A stretch of 64,000 nucleotides of DNA from Octopus sinensis (taxonomy: Eukaryota), in assembly GCF_006345805.1 (NCBI RefSeq), contig NC_043011.1:30950464-31014463 (forward strand), read 5' to 3'. Below are positions 11,467 through 23,597 of this stretch, piece after piece. Each line of letters starts with the position of its first letter. Position 1 is the stretch's first letter. Below the pieces are notes generated by a model, which was not told the origin of the DNA, did not search any database, and worked only from the letters and a program-made list of their open reading frames with translations. The position numbers and the translations under genes were made by a program.

Positions 11467-12525
11467 ATGAACCAAAATAATAGCACCAATGTTTGTGATA
11501 ACATTAAAGAAGAACTAGAAGCTAAAATGCTGGATGTCTATTTTCCTGTAATACTATATCTCTCAATTTTTATGACGTTTGGAATAATTGGAAATTGCTT
11601 CACTTTTTATATCTACTGTTTCAAATTCGAAATTTCGACTACACAGACGTACGTTGTTGCGCTCGCTATATGCGATCTTCTGACTTGTGCAATATGTATG
11701 CCCTTCGACATAGCACTCTTGCATCATCCCTTCACGTTTCACAGTGATATATTATGCCGCTTCATGGTATTTCTTGTTGCAGTAATAGTAATCAGTTCAG
11801 GTTTTATTGTAATCATGATAGCAACCGATAGATATAGACTTGTATGTCGACCTCTTGGAGAACAAGTTACCATTGAAAGTTCAAAGAAAATGCTAGTATT
11901 TATAGTAGTTCTTGCTACTTTTGTCAGTTTACCAATGCTTTTCATACACACAAAAGAAAAGAGGATAGTTAAGCAATGTGGAAATATTGGAGAAATATGT
12001 GCAATTTCTGATAGTTTGAAAAGAACAATCTTTCCTTTCGCCTACTATGTTATCGGAGTGATGTGTTGGTGTTCTATGTTTATTGGTCTTATGATATTAT
12101 ACTCATTAATTGCAGTACGTGTTGGAGAAATTGACAAAGTAAAAAAACATAAACTAAGGCAACTTCTTAAATTTGCATCATATGACGAGAAGCAACACGG
12201 TGATATTTCTTTAGACGTGCCAAGATTTCGCTATGTTAGAAGACAGTCATTGCTCCCAACTCAAACCAATTTCATTTTCTTCGTCATCACGTTGCTCTGG
12301 GTTACCAGTTATGTACCGCATTTCATTTCAATATTCTGGAAATTGTCCATTGAAAATTTCTATGACAATGTAACTGAAGAAGTCGACCAAATTAACGCTT
12401 TTCTATTGCTTTCTTATTACCCCAACTGTGCGATTAACCCATATATTTATGGACTTTGCAACCGACACTTTCGTAGCGAATTAGGACACTTATTCCGTAA
12501 AATACGTGCAGTAAGTGAGAAATAA
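11467..12525 (+). CDS. Class A (rhodopsin-like) peptide-receptor-like GPCR, paralog 1, intronless CDS
   Basis: Seven hydrophobic segments with GN (TM1), LAICD (TM2), C...TDRY (TM3), LW..SYVPH (TM6) and NCAINPYIY (TM7). N-terminal NNS/NST sequons. The ATG at 11467 aligns with the paralog starts; the ORF track start at 11419 is a non-ATG codon. Confidence 0.93.
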   Translation: MNQNNSTNVCDNIKEELEAKMLDVYFPVILYLSIFMTFGIIGNCFTFYIYCFKFEISTTQTYVVALAICDLLTCAICMPFDIALLHHPFTFHSDILCRFMVFLVAVIVISSGFIVIMIATDRYRLVCRPLGEQVTIESSKKMLVFIVVLATFVSLPMLFIHTKEKRIVKQCGNIGEICAISDSLKRTIFPFAYYVIGVMCWCSMFIGLMILYSLIAVRVGEIDKVKKHKLRQLLKFASYDEKQHGDISLDVPRFRYVRRQSLLPTQTNFIFFVITLLWVTSYVPHFISIFWKLSIENFYDNVTEEVDQINAFLLLSYYPNCAINPYIYGLCNRHFRSELGHLFRKIRAVSEK

Positions 12526-13434
12526 AATATCGAATCTCTGAATTTATTATTTTATAATTGTTCACTAGCGATACATATTACGTTAAATGAAGCAAAGTTC
12601 TTCTCAATTCAAATCATTTTAACAAGTATTTAATATTTTCGTATGAGACACCGATATGCATGGATCCTTCAAACGATATAATTTCTGATTTAAAAAAAAA
12701 CTAAACGATATCATATTGATGCAAAGTTTTCAAAATATATTCTGAGTATTAACCTCCATGGATCTAATCAAAGTGTATTTGACGATTATGGAATGTCTAC
12801 ATAGTATTTCGCATCAAAAGCATAACTTTGTTGTACTAATGACAGCAACTACAACAACGATGAAGTCAGCCAATGAAAGAGCGCTTATTACAACTAACCT
12901 TCTTACCGTCATAAAAAAAATGTCTCCTGGATTTGGTAAGGGGAAAGAGGCGAAAAACCCACGGTTCATTACGTCTAGCTACTGTAGAAAGCAAGCCAAC
13001 AAGATAAAAGGACGTTGATACGAAAATAGACCACAGTATGGACTTCCATAATGGACTGTATCTGCGTTAAACAAGTCGACGGATTAGTGTCTACAACAAA
13101 GAAGGTATAATAGCTGGCAAAAGACAGAAGAGTTCTGGCTGGAACATCGTTACTGATAGACGTGCAAAGTTATGGATTGCATACAGCTAGCTAAACAATT
13201 GTGTTGACACGATAAGGCCATCGTCAAAACATAGTAATAAACACCAATATAACGATTACAATGAAAACCCTGTTTATTTTTGCAAAATGTTATTCTTTAT
13301 TGATTTCAGTAAATGTCTGTCACCATGCTGAAGTATTGTCTTCAGGGATTTCGATCAATTATATGTTTTGCCATCCCTTTTCCTTGTATTTATATCATGT
13401 AGGAAGATATTTTAATACACACATTTTCATACTA

Positions 13435-14000
13435 CTGGGTTGTCCGGAAAGTTCGTGCCGAATTATTGTAGCTTACCTTCCGACTTATTTTAGAACATGG
13501 TTGAGTCCATAAAATAGGATTTGACTACACTTCCATTTAGAGCACAGTTTAAGTTGTCTTTTCGTGGAAGAAGGTTTATGTTCCTATAACCTGTGTTAAT
13601 TCTGTAACCCTTTAAAATGGAAGATAAGAAAGTTCATTTTCGGCACTTGATGCTTTGGGAACCAGACAAACATTGCTGCAGCTCGGCTGGGATGTGTTAC
13701 CCCACCCTCCATATTCCCCAGATATTGCTCCTTCGGATTTCCACTTATACAGGTCTCTGCAGAATAGTATTAATGGTAAAAATTTCAATTCCTTGGATGA
13801 CGTAAAAAAATACCTTGATGAATTATTTGCCATGAAACCACCTCAATTCTGGGAAAAGGGTATTTTCAAGTTAAAAGAAAGATGGAGACACATTGTGCAA
13901 CAAAATGGTTTCTGTTTGGTTGATTAAAAATGTAATAGCAAGTATTTATTGAGCCATTTCGTTCTTTTAAAAATCGGCACGAACTTTCCGGACAACCCAA
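13435..14000 (+). mobile_element. Mariner internal-deletion derivative with TIRs and TA target duplication
   Basis: TIRs (C/T)TGGGTTGTCCGGAAAGTTCGTGCCGA with TA on both sides. The transposase N-terminus MEDKKVHFRHLMLWE is joined to the C-terminus HPPYSPDIAPSDFHL...ERWRHIVQQNG. Confidence 0.93.
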
Positions 14001-14107
14001 TACATACACACATACACAGAATGCCCCTAAAATCAAGGTGCCATGTAGTGGGACTGAACCCAGAATCATGTGGTTGAGGAGCATGCTTCTTACCACACAG
14101 CCACGCC

Positions 14108-14139
<32 letters not shown>

Positions 14140-14163
14140 TGTGTGTGTGCGTGCGTGTGTGTG

Positions 14164-14202
<39 letters not shown>

Positions 14203-14429
14203 TGTGCGTGTGTGTGTGTGTGCGTGTGTGTGTGTGCGTGTGTGTGTGTTTATACTAGCAGAGGCATCCGACGTTGCCCGGGAATTAAATTGTTCCTTAT
14301 ATATTGGAAGAAAAAAGCAAAATATGTTGTACAGAGATTTGTTATTCTAAATTCAATTTATTCTTCAATTGGGAAATCAATTCTTAATTCATAATACAAC
14401 AACAGCAACTACTACTACTACTACTACTA

Positions 14430-14502
<73 letters not shown>

Positions 14503-14654
14503 TTATTATTATTATAAACGAAAATACAAAATTCACCACTTGTACGAAGGGCGATAAATTCTATCACATATGTTGAAAGAAATTATGCAAGAGCTTCTGG
14601 GTAAGCAACATTCTTTGTTTTCTGGTTTGGAGCATAGACAAATAAGTGTTGAAA

Positions 14655-14945
14655 AACTACCTGGAGCAACCATCATAAAGCTGATCATGAGAAAGGCAAG
14701 GCTCAATTAAGTGCAAGCCAGTAGATTTCAAAGTCCTACATTGAGCTTTATTAATAGACATTGCGAAGCAAAGTCGCACTGGGAATTGTGTTCGTTTGAA
14801 CTCAAATGGCATGTCTGTTGGTTTGATGGTTTGATTGGTATTCTTGAAATGGAAACCTCTTTCCCAGAGGCATATTTAGTGATGATGGTAGCTTCTGTCA
14901 CATTAGGTGATAATGTCTTCACAATCAACCTTCTCACATCGCATA
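14655..14945 (-). pseudogene. Helitron PIF1 helicase C-terminal fragment
   Basis: RLIVKTLSPNVTEATII...SRIPIKPS, then after a frameshift FEFKRTQFPVRLCFAMSINKAQ...SHDQLY..CSR. Confidence 0.82.
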
Positions 14946-14947
14946 TG

Positions 14948-15044
<97 letters not shown>

Positions 15045-15391
15045 TGAGGGAATATTATTCCAAACTTACAGGGAAAAATTCAATTTAGAAATACTAAATC
15101 AAATTTCACAAAATATAATATAATATATATAAATTAGCAAAAAAAAAACCTTTTATCAATTCAATAATGAAAAATAAAATTATACCATTTAGAAAAATTA
15201 CATATTATAGAAAGATTAAATATAAGATAAAACATATAACAATGATTAAGTAATGTGCAAAATAATAAATAAAACGTATACATTTGGTATATGTTTTATC
15301 TTATATTTAATCTTTCTATAATATGTATTTTTCTAAATGGTATAATTTAATTTTTCATCATTGAATTGATAAAAGGTGTTTTTTTTTCTAA

Positions 15392-15478
<87 letters not shown>

Positions 15479-15680
15479 GGTTTTTTTCTTTGTGTTAATT
15501 GTCCTGTACTCTATTTTTTTGTTGTTTAAAAAAATGTCCAGTTCCTTGGGTTTGAGTCTATGTTTTCGTTTCTCATTGTGTTCGACGTCTTTTTGGTGTC
15601 CTGTACTCATATATGCGTGTATATATACATGTAGAGGTAGGTACAAACATATGTTTATATATATGCATATGTTTTATTTA

Positions 15681-15725
<45 letters not shown>

Positions 15726-16824
15726 GCTACGACCTGGTGGCCATAACCCGAATCTACACAACCAACAATGATGGGGTGAATCCAAAACAACAACACACCA
15801 TGAAGTTTTTTTTTTTAATATTATTAACAATTAAGTATCAGCATACACAAACAACTAACATACAAACAAATATATTGGAACATATAAATTAATGCTTCAC
15901 TAGACCTGCAGTCAATATATTTACAAAAGTAAAATATATACAATTTAGAAATTTGGATTCAGAAATTTGGTTTCATATATTTGGTTTCATAAATTTGGTT
16001 TTCGAAACTTGGATTCCGAAATTTAGACCTAAACATAAATCTAATGTCAAGGCAACCATTTAAACTAAAAGTTCATGATACAAAACGGCTGCCAGACCAC
16101 ATCAATAATTATAGTTATAAAGTAAATAGTCAAACAAATAATCTAGTTTGCTTTAAATTCATACAAAACTGCTTCATACAAGCAAGCTGAGTAACCTTTA
16201 GACAAAACTTACATTTTAGTTGTCTAATACAAAAAATTGGCTACATGAAAAATTAAACTCATACCCCCTCTATCTATTTATGCAAATTTTTCAACATTTA
16301 TCTTAACAGAAAATAACTAGCAAAATTACTACACAATGCAGGGTTTAAAATTCACATAAATATTACAATAGCATAACTTAAGAGATTTTTGTAGTAACCC
16401 AGATATGACACAGAAATAATTTAAATCTGACAAGCAAAAGTTCTGACGAATTCCTGGAGCATAAAACACAAAGCACAAAGTACATAAACTAAACAAGCAA
16501 CCATAGCTTCCAGGATCCAATTGAATGACCTTGTCTCACAGAAAAAAAACTTTAACTCTCACAAAACTGAGTGTAAAATTATCTCTGCTTATAAAGGTTT
16601 GCTAAGGCCTAGCCAATTGTTAGTTTCACAGTTCGGCTATTTACACATAACTTCCACCATTTTGACAATCCTGACTTCATCCTGACCTTACAGTGCAGCA
16701 TGTAAAGCTGTCTGCTTACCTGTTAAAATGTATAATGCAGTGCAGGTAACACTGCCCAATAATAATAATATTTCATAATATATTCATAAAACAAGGGTAA
16801 TTTTTAAGAAAACCTTAATTTCCT

Positions 16825-16884
<60 letters not shown>

Positions 16885-17109
16885 CGGGAAGCTTTATGAA
16901 AATAAACAAAGACGAAGGCAGGTGGAAAACAAACGAACAATTGTATTAGTATGGCGCTCAGGAAATATAAATAAAACAAGTCTTTAACGTTTCGAGCCTA
17001 CGCTCTTCAACAGAAAGATACACAGAGAGAGAAAAACACAGAAAGAAGGAGAGAAAAAAAAGGAGAGAAAAAAAATGCGTGCAGTAGCTAACGAATCAAC
17101 AATATATAC

Positions 17110-17345
17110 TTGTAAATCTCATCTGAGAACCCATCATCACCGGAAGACTTCTTGCTTGCTTTTGATACTGCAGATGCCCTGTTGGACCTTATCAAATGTT
17201 GGATGGTTGTCAGGAGAGGTAAATCTGGAATCTCTTCAAGTGTTGTGGTGTCCGTGGAGTTGATCCAATTCAGAAGTTCTTGAAAATATTCGGCCCACTT
17301 GTGAAGTATCACACTTTTCTCTTTCAGTAAGGTGCCACCGTATGA
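17110..17345 (-). pseudogene. RTE-type LINE ORF fragment (endonuclease-RT linker)
   Basis: KEKSVILHKWAEYFQELLN...KSSGDDGFSDEIYK resembles the RTE W.EHF..LLN...KA.G.DGI..E..K region. Confidence 0.6.
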
Positions 17346-18062
17346 TCTCTCCGAAGCACTCACGTTTCTGCATATATATATATATATCAAATGTGAGGAT
17401 AAAATTCTTTTCGAAAACAAATATATTTTCTCGAAAAAAGTTTTATCAATGGCCAGCATATTAAAAAATACTTTTAACGGTTAAATTTATAATTCATAAA
17501 TGAGGGCAAAGGAAAAAAATTCTAATGCCAAATATACCGAAAAATTGGACATATTGTTCATTAACCATATAATTTTTTCACAATACGCACGCCACTCGAA
17601 AAAAGGCTGACAGAAATTTCTAAAAAATTCCGATATGGTAATAATGGAATTTTTTAGAAATTTCTGTCAGCCTTTTATCGTGTGGCGTGCGTATTGTGAA
17701 AAAATTATATGGTTAATGAACAATATGTCCAATTTTTCGGTATATTTGGCATTAGAATTTTTTTCCTTTGCCCTCATTTATGAATTATATATATATACAG
17801 TGGGGGAAGGGAATAACTATTCGTACATGTTAAAATGCTTTATTTATTTAATGCTATATTTGCATACACATGCATAAACTAAGAATATGCAAAAGAAACT
17901 AATAAATTATAGTAACTAATGAATTTATATACAATTATAAATATTTAGGGGTGAAAAAAGTATTCGTCAGAATAAATTTATGGTTTTCTATGCCACAAAC
18001 TACTGTTAAAATAATTTTTTTTACTATAACTTTCTCGTTTGTTCCAATAATCTTATCAGTTG

Positions 18063-18296
18063 TCATTGTATCATTGTAGAAGATGCGAATATCAGGAACA
18101 AACGCCTAACAGAACTAAGAGAAATTTTGCTCCAAGACTGCAAGCGAAGGCGTTTACTGATCAGGGGACGTAATGTTAATATGAGTGCATGCGAGTTCTC
18201 TCCCTTGACTGGTTTACGGCTTTCTGCAATCCGATATATTTTGTGCAAAAGGCCTTTTATATAATAGATATATGCCCACATTGTCAAATACAGCAA
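18063..18296 (-). pseudogene. Possible Penelope-like RT-endonuclease linker fragment
   Basis: YIKGLLHKIYRI...LISKRL only weakly resembles PLE linker sequences. Confidence 0.3.
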
Positions 18297-18469
18297 ACTT
18301 GTTTAACAACATGTCCGTATGTATGTGCTGGCTTATAGCATTTGTATATAAGAAAAGTATATATTTCGTATTGTAATTTTACCTGCATTCATGCAATGCC
18401 GTACATAAACACCTGCACAAGCGGACAACAAAGTACATATACACACGCACCTACACATATACGCACATA

Positions 18470-18680
18470 CGAGGTGGTACTGAAAAGTTCTTGGCTTTGG
18501 GTAAAAGAAAATACAGGCGCTTGAGTTCATTTTATTCAACATATTCCCCTCTCAGATTCACACATTTTTTGCAGCGGTCGTTCAGTTTTCCTAAGCCTTG
18601 TAAAAGAACTCGGAAAGCTCAGCCTCCAGCCAGGCCTTTCACGACGCCCTTAAAGCCAGGAACTTTTCAGTACCCCTTCG
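18470..18680. mobile_element. Tc1/mariner-type MITE, copy 2
   Basis: TIRs CGAGGTGGTACTGAAAAGTTC / GAACTTTTCAGTACCCCTTCG with TA on both sides; homologous to 3866-4080. Confidence 0.85.
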
Positions 18681-18989
18681 TACATAGCCGTATGTACTCA
18701 TACATATTTTCACAGAACATCTGCAGTATCAACAGGGCATCTGCAGTATCAAAAGCAAGCAAGATTTTCACAGAACTATATTGGATTCTCAGCGCCGCGA
18801 TGAATGAGAGTTCAGCAAGAAACGTCTAAAAGAAAGCAATAGCCTTTGGATTTATAACGAAAGTGTGATATTGTTATGCTGGTGAATTGATTTGCTGAAC
18901 AATTCACACGATGAATATTATTACAGTAAGCATGGTTTGTGCAGAGCCAGTCCTATTCTCTCGGTCTTCAAACTGGTATTGGTCTAATG

Positions 18990-19732
18990 CAATGGTTCTC
19001 AACCAGGGTCTGTATGGCCCCTGAGGGTCAACATAAAGTTTTTAGGGGTTCATAAAGTTTTTAGGTGTTCATAAAGTTTTTAGGTGTTCATAAAGTTTTT
19101 AGGTGTTCATAAAGTTTTTAGGGGTTCATAAAGTTTTTAGGGGTTCATAAAGTTTTTAGGTGTTCATAAAGTTTTTAGGGGTTCATAAAGTTTTTATGGG
19201 TTCATAAAGTTTTAGGATCCACGATCGTATTTTGCCCCCCACCCCGAAAAAGTTTGCTTTAGATGTATAGGTATGTTTTGGAAGAAACAGCTAAATTTCT
19301 TTCTTCAACATTTTACATGCAATGGTTCTCAACCAGGGTCTGTATGGCCCCTGAGGGTCAACATAAAGTTTTTAGGGGTTCATAAAGTTTTTAGGGGTTC
19401 ATAAAGTTTTTAGGGGTTCATAAAGTTTTTAGGTGTTCATAAAGTTTTTAGGTGTTCATAAAGTTTGAGGATCCACAATCGTATTTTGCCCCCCACCCCG
19501 AAAAAATTTGCTTTAGATGTATAGGTATGTTTTGGAAGAAACAGCTAAATTTCTTTCTTCAAAATTTTACATAGTTTAACATACACAAGTTAATGTATGA
19601 AAAACAAAATAGGGATTTTGAAAGAAGTTTTTTTATAAAACTAGTTTTTAAAGATCAAATGGCTACAGGGGTCCGGCAGAATAAAATGATGATCAAAGGG
19701 GTTCATAGGCGAAAAATGGTTGAGAACCCTTG
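18990..19732. mobile_element. Non-autonomous hAT element with a duplicated left end and a 20-bp minisatellite
   Basis: TIRs CAATGGTTCTCAACC / GGTTGAGAACCCTTG; perfect 8-bp TSD GTCTAATG at 18982-18989 and 19733-19740; (CATAAAGTTTTTAGGKGTT-type)n arrays. Confidence 0.92.
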
Positions 19733-19807
19733 GTCTAATGCAACGAGTGCCATGAACTCATTAGTTATCCGGATGCAGAGGTTGTGTAGAGTTACCTTCT
19801 CTTAGTT

Positions 19808-19994
19808 CAGTGCTCCGCAAATTTTTTCTTTCCTTGCGGTACACATTCTTTTCAAAATTCGGCGGCACACCGGAACTAAAAATATAACTTAAAGTATAGG
19901 GTAAAGAATTATATTCAGGTTACACTGTGACACACCTAGCATCGTCCCGTGACATACCAGTGTGCTGCGGCATACCGGTTCTGGAGGAGCACTG
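19808..19994. mobile_element. Small hAT-type MITE
   Basis: CAGTGCTCC / GGAGCACTG termini; 8-bp flanks TCTTAGTT / TCTTAGAC match at 6 of 8 positions. Confidence 0.65.
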
Positions 19995-20109
19995 TCTTAG
20001 ACGAGCAGCTAGAGAGCTGAAGGACCCTGTATCTTTTCATTTGTTTTGCTCGCTTACGTTCTGGCGTTTGATGAATTTTCTTGAGAACAATCTTTTCTTA
20101 GTGATAAGC

Positions 20110-23100
20110 TGTTTCAACCTTTCCCAGTATCTGAGCTGTTCCAAAGAGACGATCTTCTTTGTGAATCTTCTCTGGATTGCTTCAAGGTCCGCTGTTAATT
20201 TTACACTGGTGGGTGACCATAGCTGTGAGCAGTAATCCAGGCGGCTGAGGACGAATGTCCGCCAGAGGACCATCATGGTTTCCTTATCTCTGGTTCTGAA
20301 TGTTCTTAGGATCAATCCAGCCAGTCGTCTGCACTTTGTCGCCATCCTGGTAATGTGCACTTGGAAAGAGGTATCATCACTCATGTCGATAACCAGGTCC
20401 CTCACAGATTGAAATTCCCTGTGGACCGGTGTATCCTGTAAGTTTAATATTCAGTTTTGGATGCCGGTAGCGCAGGGCCTGGAATTTTTCAGCATTAAAC
20501 TGCATATTATTATCCTCAGCCCATCTGTAGATTGAGTCCAACTCCTGCTGCAAGTGTGCAACATCGCTGGGGTTCTGTATTTTCTGCGAGACTTTCGTAT
20601 CGTCTGCATAGCTTGCCAGAGTGGCTATCCGGGCATTTGAGGGCTTATCTGAGAGGGCCACTATAAAAAGCAGTGGTCCCAAGACAGTGCCCTGTGGAAC
20701 ACCGCTCACTATTTGTGTGTTCATAGAGGTGGCTCCATTAACCACTACTGCCTGACTCCTATCTTTCAGGAAGTCATGTAACCACACTCCAAGTTTTCCA
20801 GCTATGCCAAGGTCACGCAGTTTATGGCATATCATACCATGATCCACCTTGTCAAAAGCTTTTGCAAAATCAAGGTAGATTACGTTCACATTTGATTTGT
20901 TGAGTAACTGCCTCAACACCCAGTCATAATGTTGTAAGGGCTGAGTCAAGCAGCTCCTACCTGGTCGAAAACCATGCTGGGTATCACTCAGCAAGTTATT
21001 TTCCTCAAGGAATGCGATTAGTTTCTTTCTGACTATCCGTTCCATGACTTTGCTGATGTGTGTAGTCAGAGAGATAGGCCTATAGTTTTTGGCATCTGCT
21101 CTACTTCCCCCTTTATGTATTGGGCATATTATTCCCTCCTTCAGCTTGCTTGGCAGTTTGCCATTTGTAAGAAAGCTCTGGAAGAGAATCTTGAGGGGTT
21201 TTGCCAGGGCATGCTTACACGCTTTGAGGAGGATTGCTGGGAAACCATCTGGACTAGCAGTTGAGTTTGTGTCCACTTCATCTATGGCTAGTAGGACATC
21301 TTCTTCGCTAATGTCAATACATTCTATTGTAACCGCATCGCTGGTTATAGGTGAGGCGGCAAAGAAGTCCACTGTTTCGTTCACTTGTCTGTATTACAAC
21401 GGGGTGGTAAAGATACTTTTGAACTGGTCATTCAGCATCTCACTGATCTTAGTTGGACTGTCTGTGAGGAAGCCGTCCTTTTGGAGGAGGGGTCCTATCT
21501 TGTAGTGCACTGAGACTGTTTCTTTCGCGTAATGAAAGAAGGCCTTTGGGTTTGATTTAATGTTTTTTTACAACCCAGGCTTCTTTGTCTGCTTTCTCCC
21601 TCACATAGGATTGTTGCAGCCTTTTTTCGATCTCCATCAGTGTTGTTTTTAGGCGGGACGTTTCGCTACTTTTGGGATGTTGGTTAAGACGATTTACAAC
21701 CTTCGTCTGTCATCTCATGAGGATCTTCCTGTCTCTTTGAATCTTGCTCCTATTTGTTTTGGCCTTGTGCTCTGGGACATATTTCTGGCATACGGCTTGC
21801 ACAGATGATATGAAACATTCTAGTTTCATGTCAATGTCTGGTGTGGAGAGACATTCCGGCCAGTCCTCTCTGAGGATCTCTTTTTGGATCGATTTCCAAT
21901 CTGCTTTGTGGAAGTTCAGATTGGAGAGATTTTGGGTGCTTCCTTTAGGCTGTATTTTTCTGGTTACTTTTGGCCCAAACATAGACAGCTCTATTATGTT
22001 GTGATCCGAAACTAATGTCGGTGTCACTTTCACATCATGAATGATGTCCATATTGTTCGTGAAGCAGAGATCCAGAATGTTATTCGCCCTAGTTGGTTTG
22101 AGTACAACTTGCTCCATGAATAAGGCGTTGGTGAGGTTGAGCAGGGACTCCACCTGTACTTGCTTGCAATGATTCATTCCTGAGAGTATGAGACCGTCAG
22201 GCCATTTGACGTTGGGGAAGTTGAAATCACCCATAAGAAATATGGTCACGTGGTGTTCCAGATTCATGAGGATTTCTTTAATTCTTGTGAGGCAATCTTC
22301 AAACTTGCCTGTGATTTGGGGCATCCGGTGGGCAATATGTATTGCATATGACTATATTATGTTGTCTTATGTATACAATTAGAGTGTCACATACCGAATT
22401 TGAGTATGTCATTAAGACCGGGGTGTGAGGTCATCTCGGATGTATACAGCAACTCCACCATGGCTCCTTTCCCTTCTGTCTGTTCGCAGTATGGCATAGT
22501 TTGGTATGTGTACTTCTGCATCTTCTATATCAGGGCTGAGGTGAGCTTCCACGAGTGCTATGCATAGGGCTTGATTACACGCAGTAAGATCTCTCAGGAA
22601 AGAAATTTTGTTTCTACTTTGATGCAACAGGCCCCCAATATTTAGTAAAAGTATTGGGGTGACAGCCGTGCATGCGTTAGGGGAGGCCATCCCGTGTCTG
22701 TTGACTGTGGTGGTCTTGCATAGTGGTGGGCAGGGTTCCTTCTCTGTGCTTGGTGTAGCCAGGTTAGCTGCCGGACGATTCTTTGTGCCATGCATAAAAA
22801 AGACTCTTGATCAGCCGCTGCGTTGCGCAGAACATCTGAGGAGCGCACTTCTTTTTTGAAAGTTTTCCTGGGAGACATTTCTTGCCTTCCCTCAGTAAAG
22901 CTCTTTTCTTTGAGTCCCCTGAAGTTCTGGCAGGGTGTCGGTTGGGCGAACCGGCAGGTTTTGCCGTCCTCTCCATGCCAACATTTGCCCCGCAGGTAAA
23001 ATTTACAGGTTCTTCGGTGCCTTCCAGATTTCTTCTTTCCTGAAGTGTACTGGGTGGCATTGGATCCTCCATGGGGTTCTCTGCTGTTTGTGTGGTGGGT

Positions 23101-23360
23101 TGGGGTTTCAGCTTTGATTGTTTTGCCTTTTCTTCCCTTTCCCTCCTTATTTTTGTTTTCGGTCCTTCCTTTTTTCTTCTGTTTTTCTAATTTCTCATTT
23201 CTTTGTAGGACCACTGGTACAGGGGAGGCTTCCGGTTTCTGCTCCCTTGGCTCCCCTATCCTTCACTACCTGGTCGTTCGCCTAGGTAGGTGATCCATTT
23301 TCCTGAGGAACCCTTGGATCACAGAGACTTCCAGCTTCCTTCTCTTTTTCGTCCTCTTCA
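20110..23360 (-). mobile_element. CR1/L2-group LINE, near full length, frameshifted and missing its 3' end
   Basis: ORF1 with a CCCH-like finger at 22642-23214. Endonuclease motifs (LNIGGL, LVEAHL, GGVAVY, MGDFNFP, NILDL, SDHN). RT motifs NYRPISL, QHGFRPGRSC, YLDFAKAFD, GVPQGTVLGPLLF, YADD. C-terminal SRLDYCSQLWSP. Confidence 0.93.
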
Positions 23361-23362
23361 TC

Positions 23363-23410
<48 letters not shown>

Positions 23411-23412
23411 AT

Positions 23413-23459
<47 letters not shown>

Positions 23460-23597
23460 GGAAAAATAAAAAGAAACAAAGAAAATACACATTAGGTACA
23501 AAAGTAATGGCTTTTTTAAAAACCCATTACTTTTATACATATGTTAGCAATAATTATAATGATATAGAATATGGAGGCTTGTTCATCCTCAAAATAT

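Noticed and set aside
18990-19450. Regular 20-bp repeats resembling a CRISPR array
   Set aside because: The units are contiguous with no unique spacers, lie inside a hAT element, and the DNA is eukaryotic with no cas genes.
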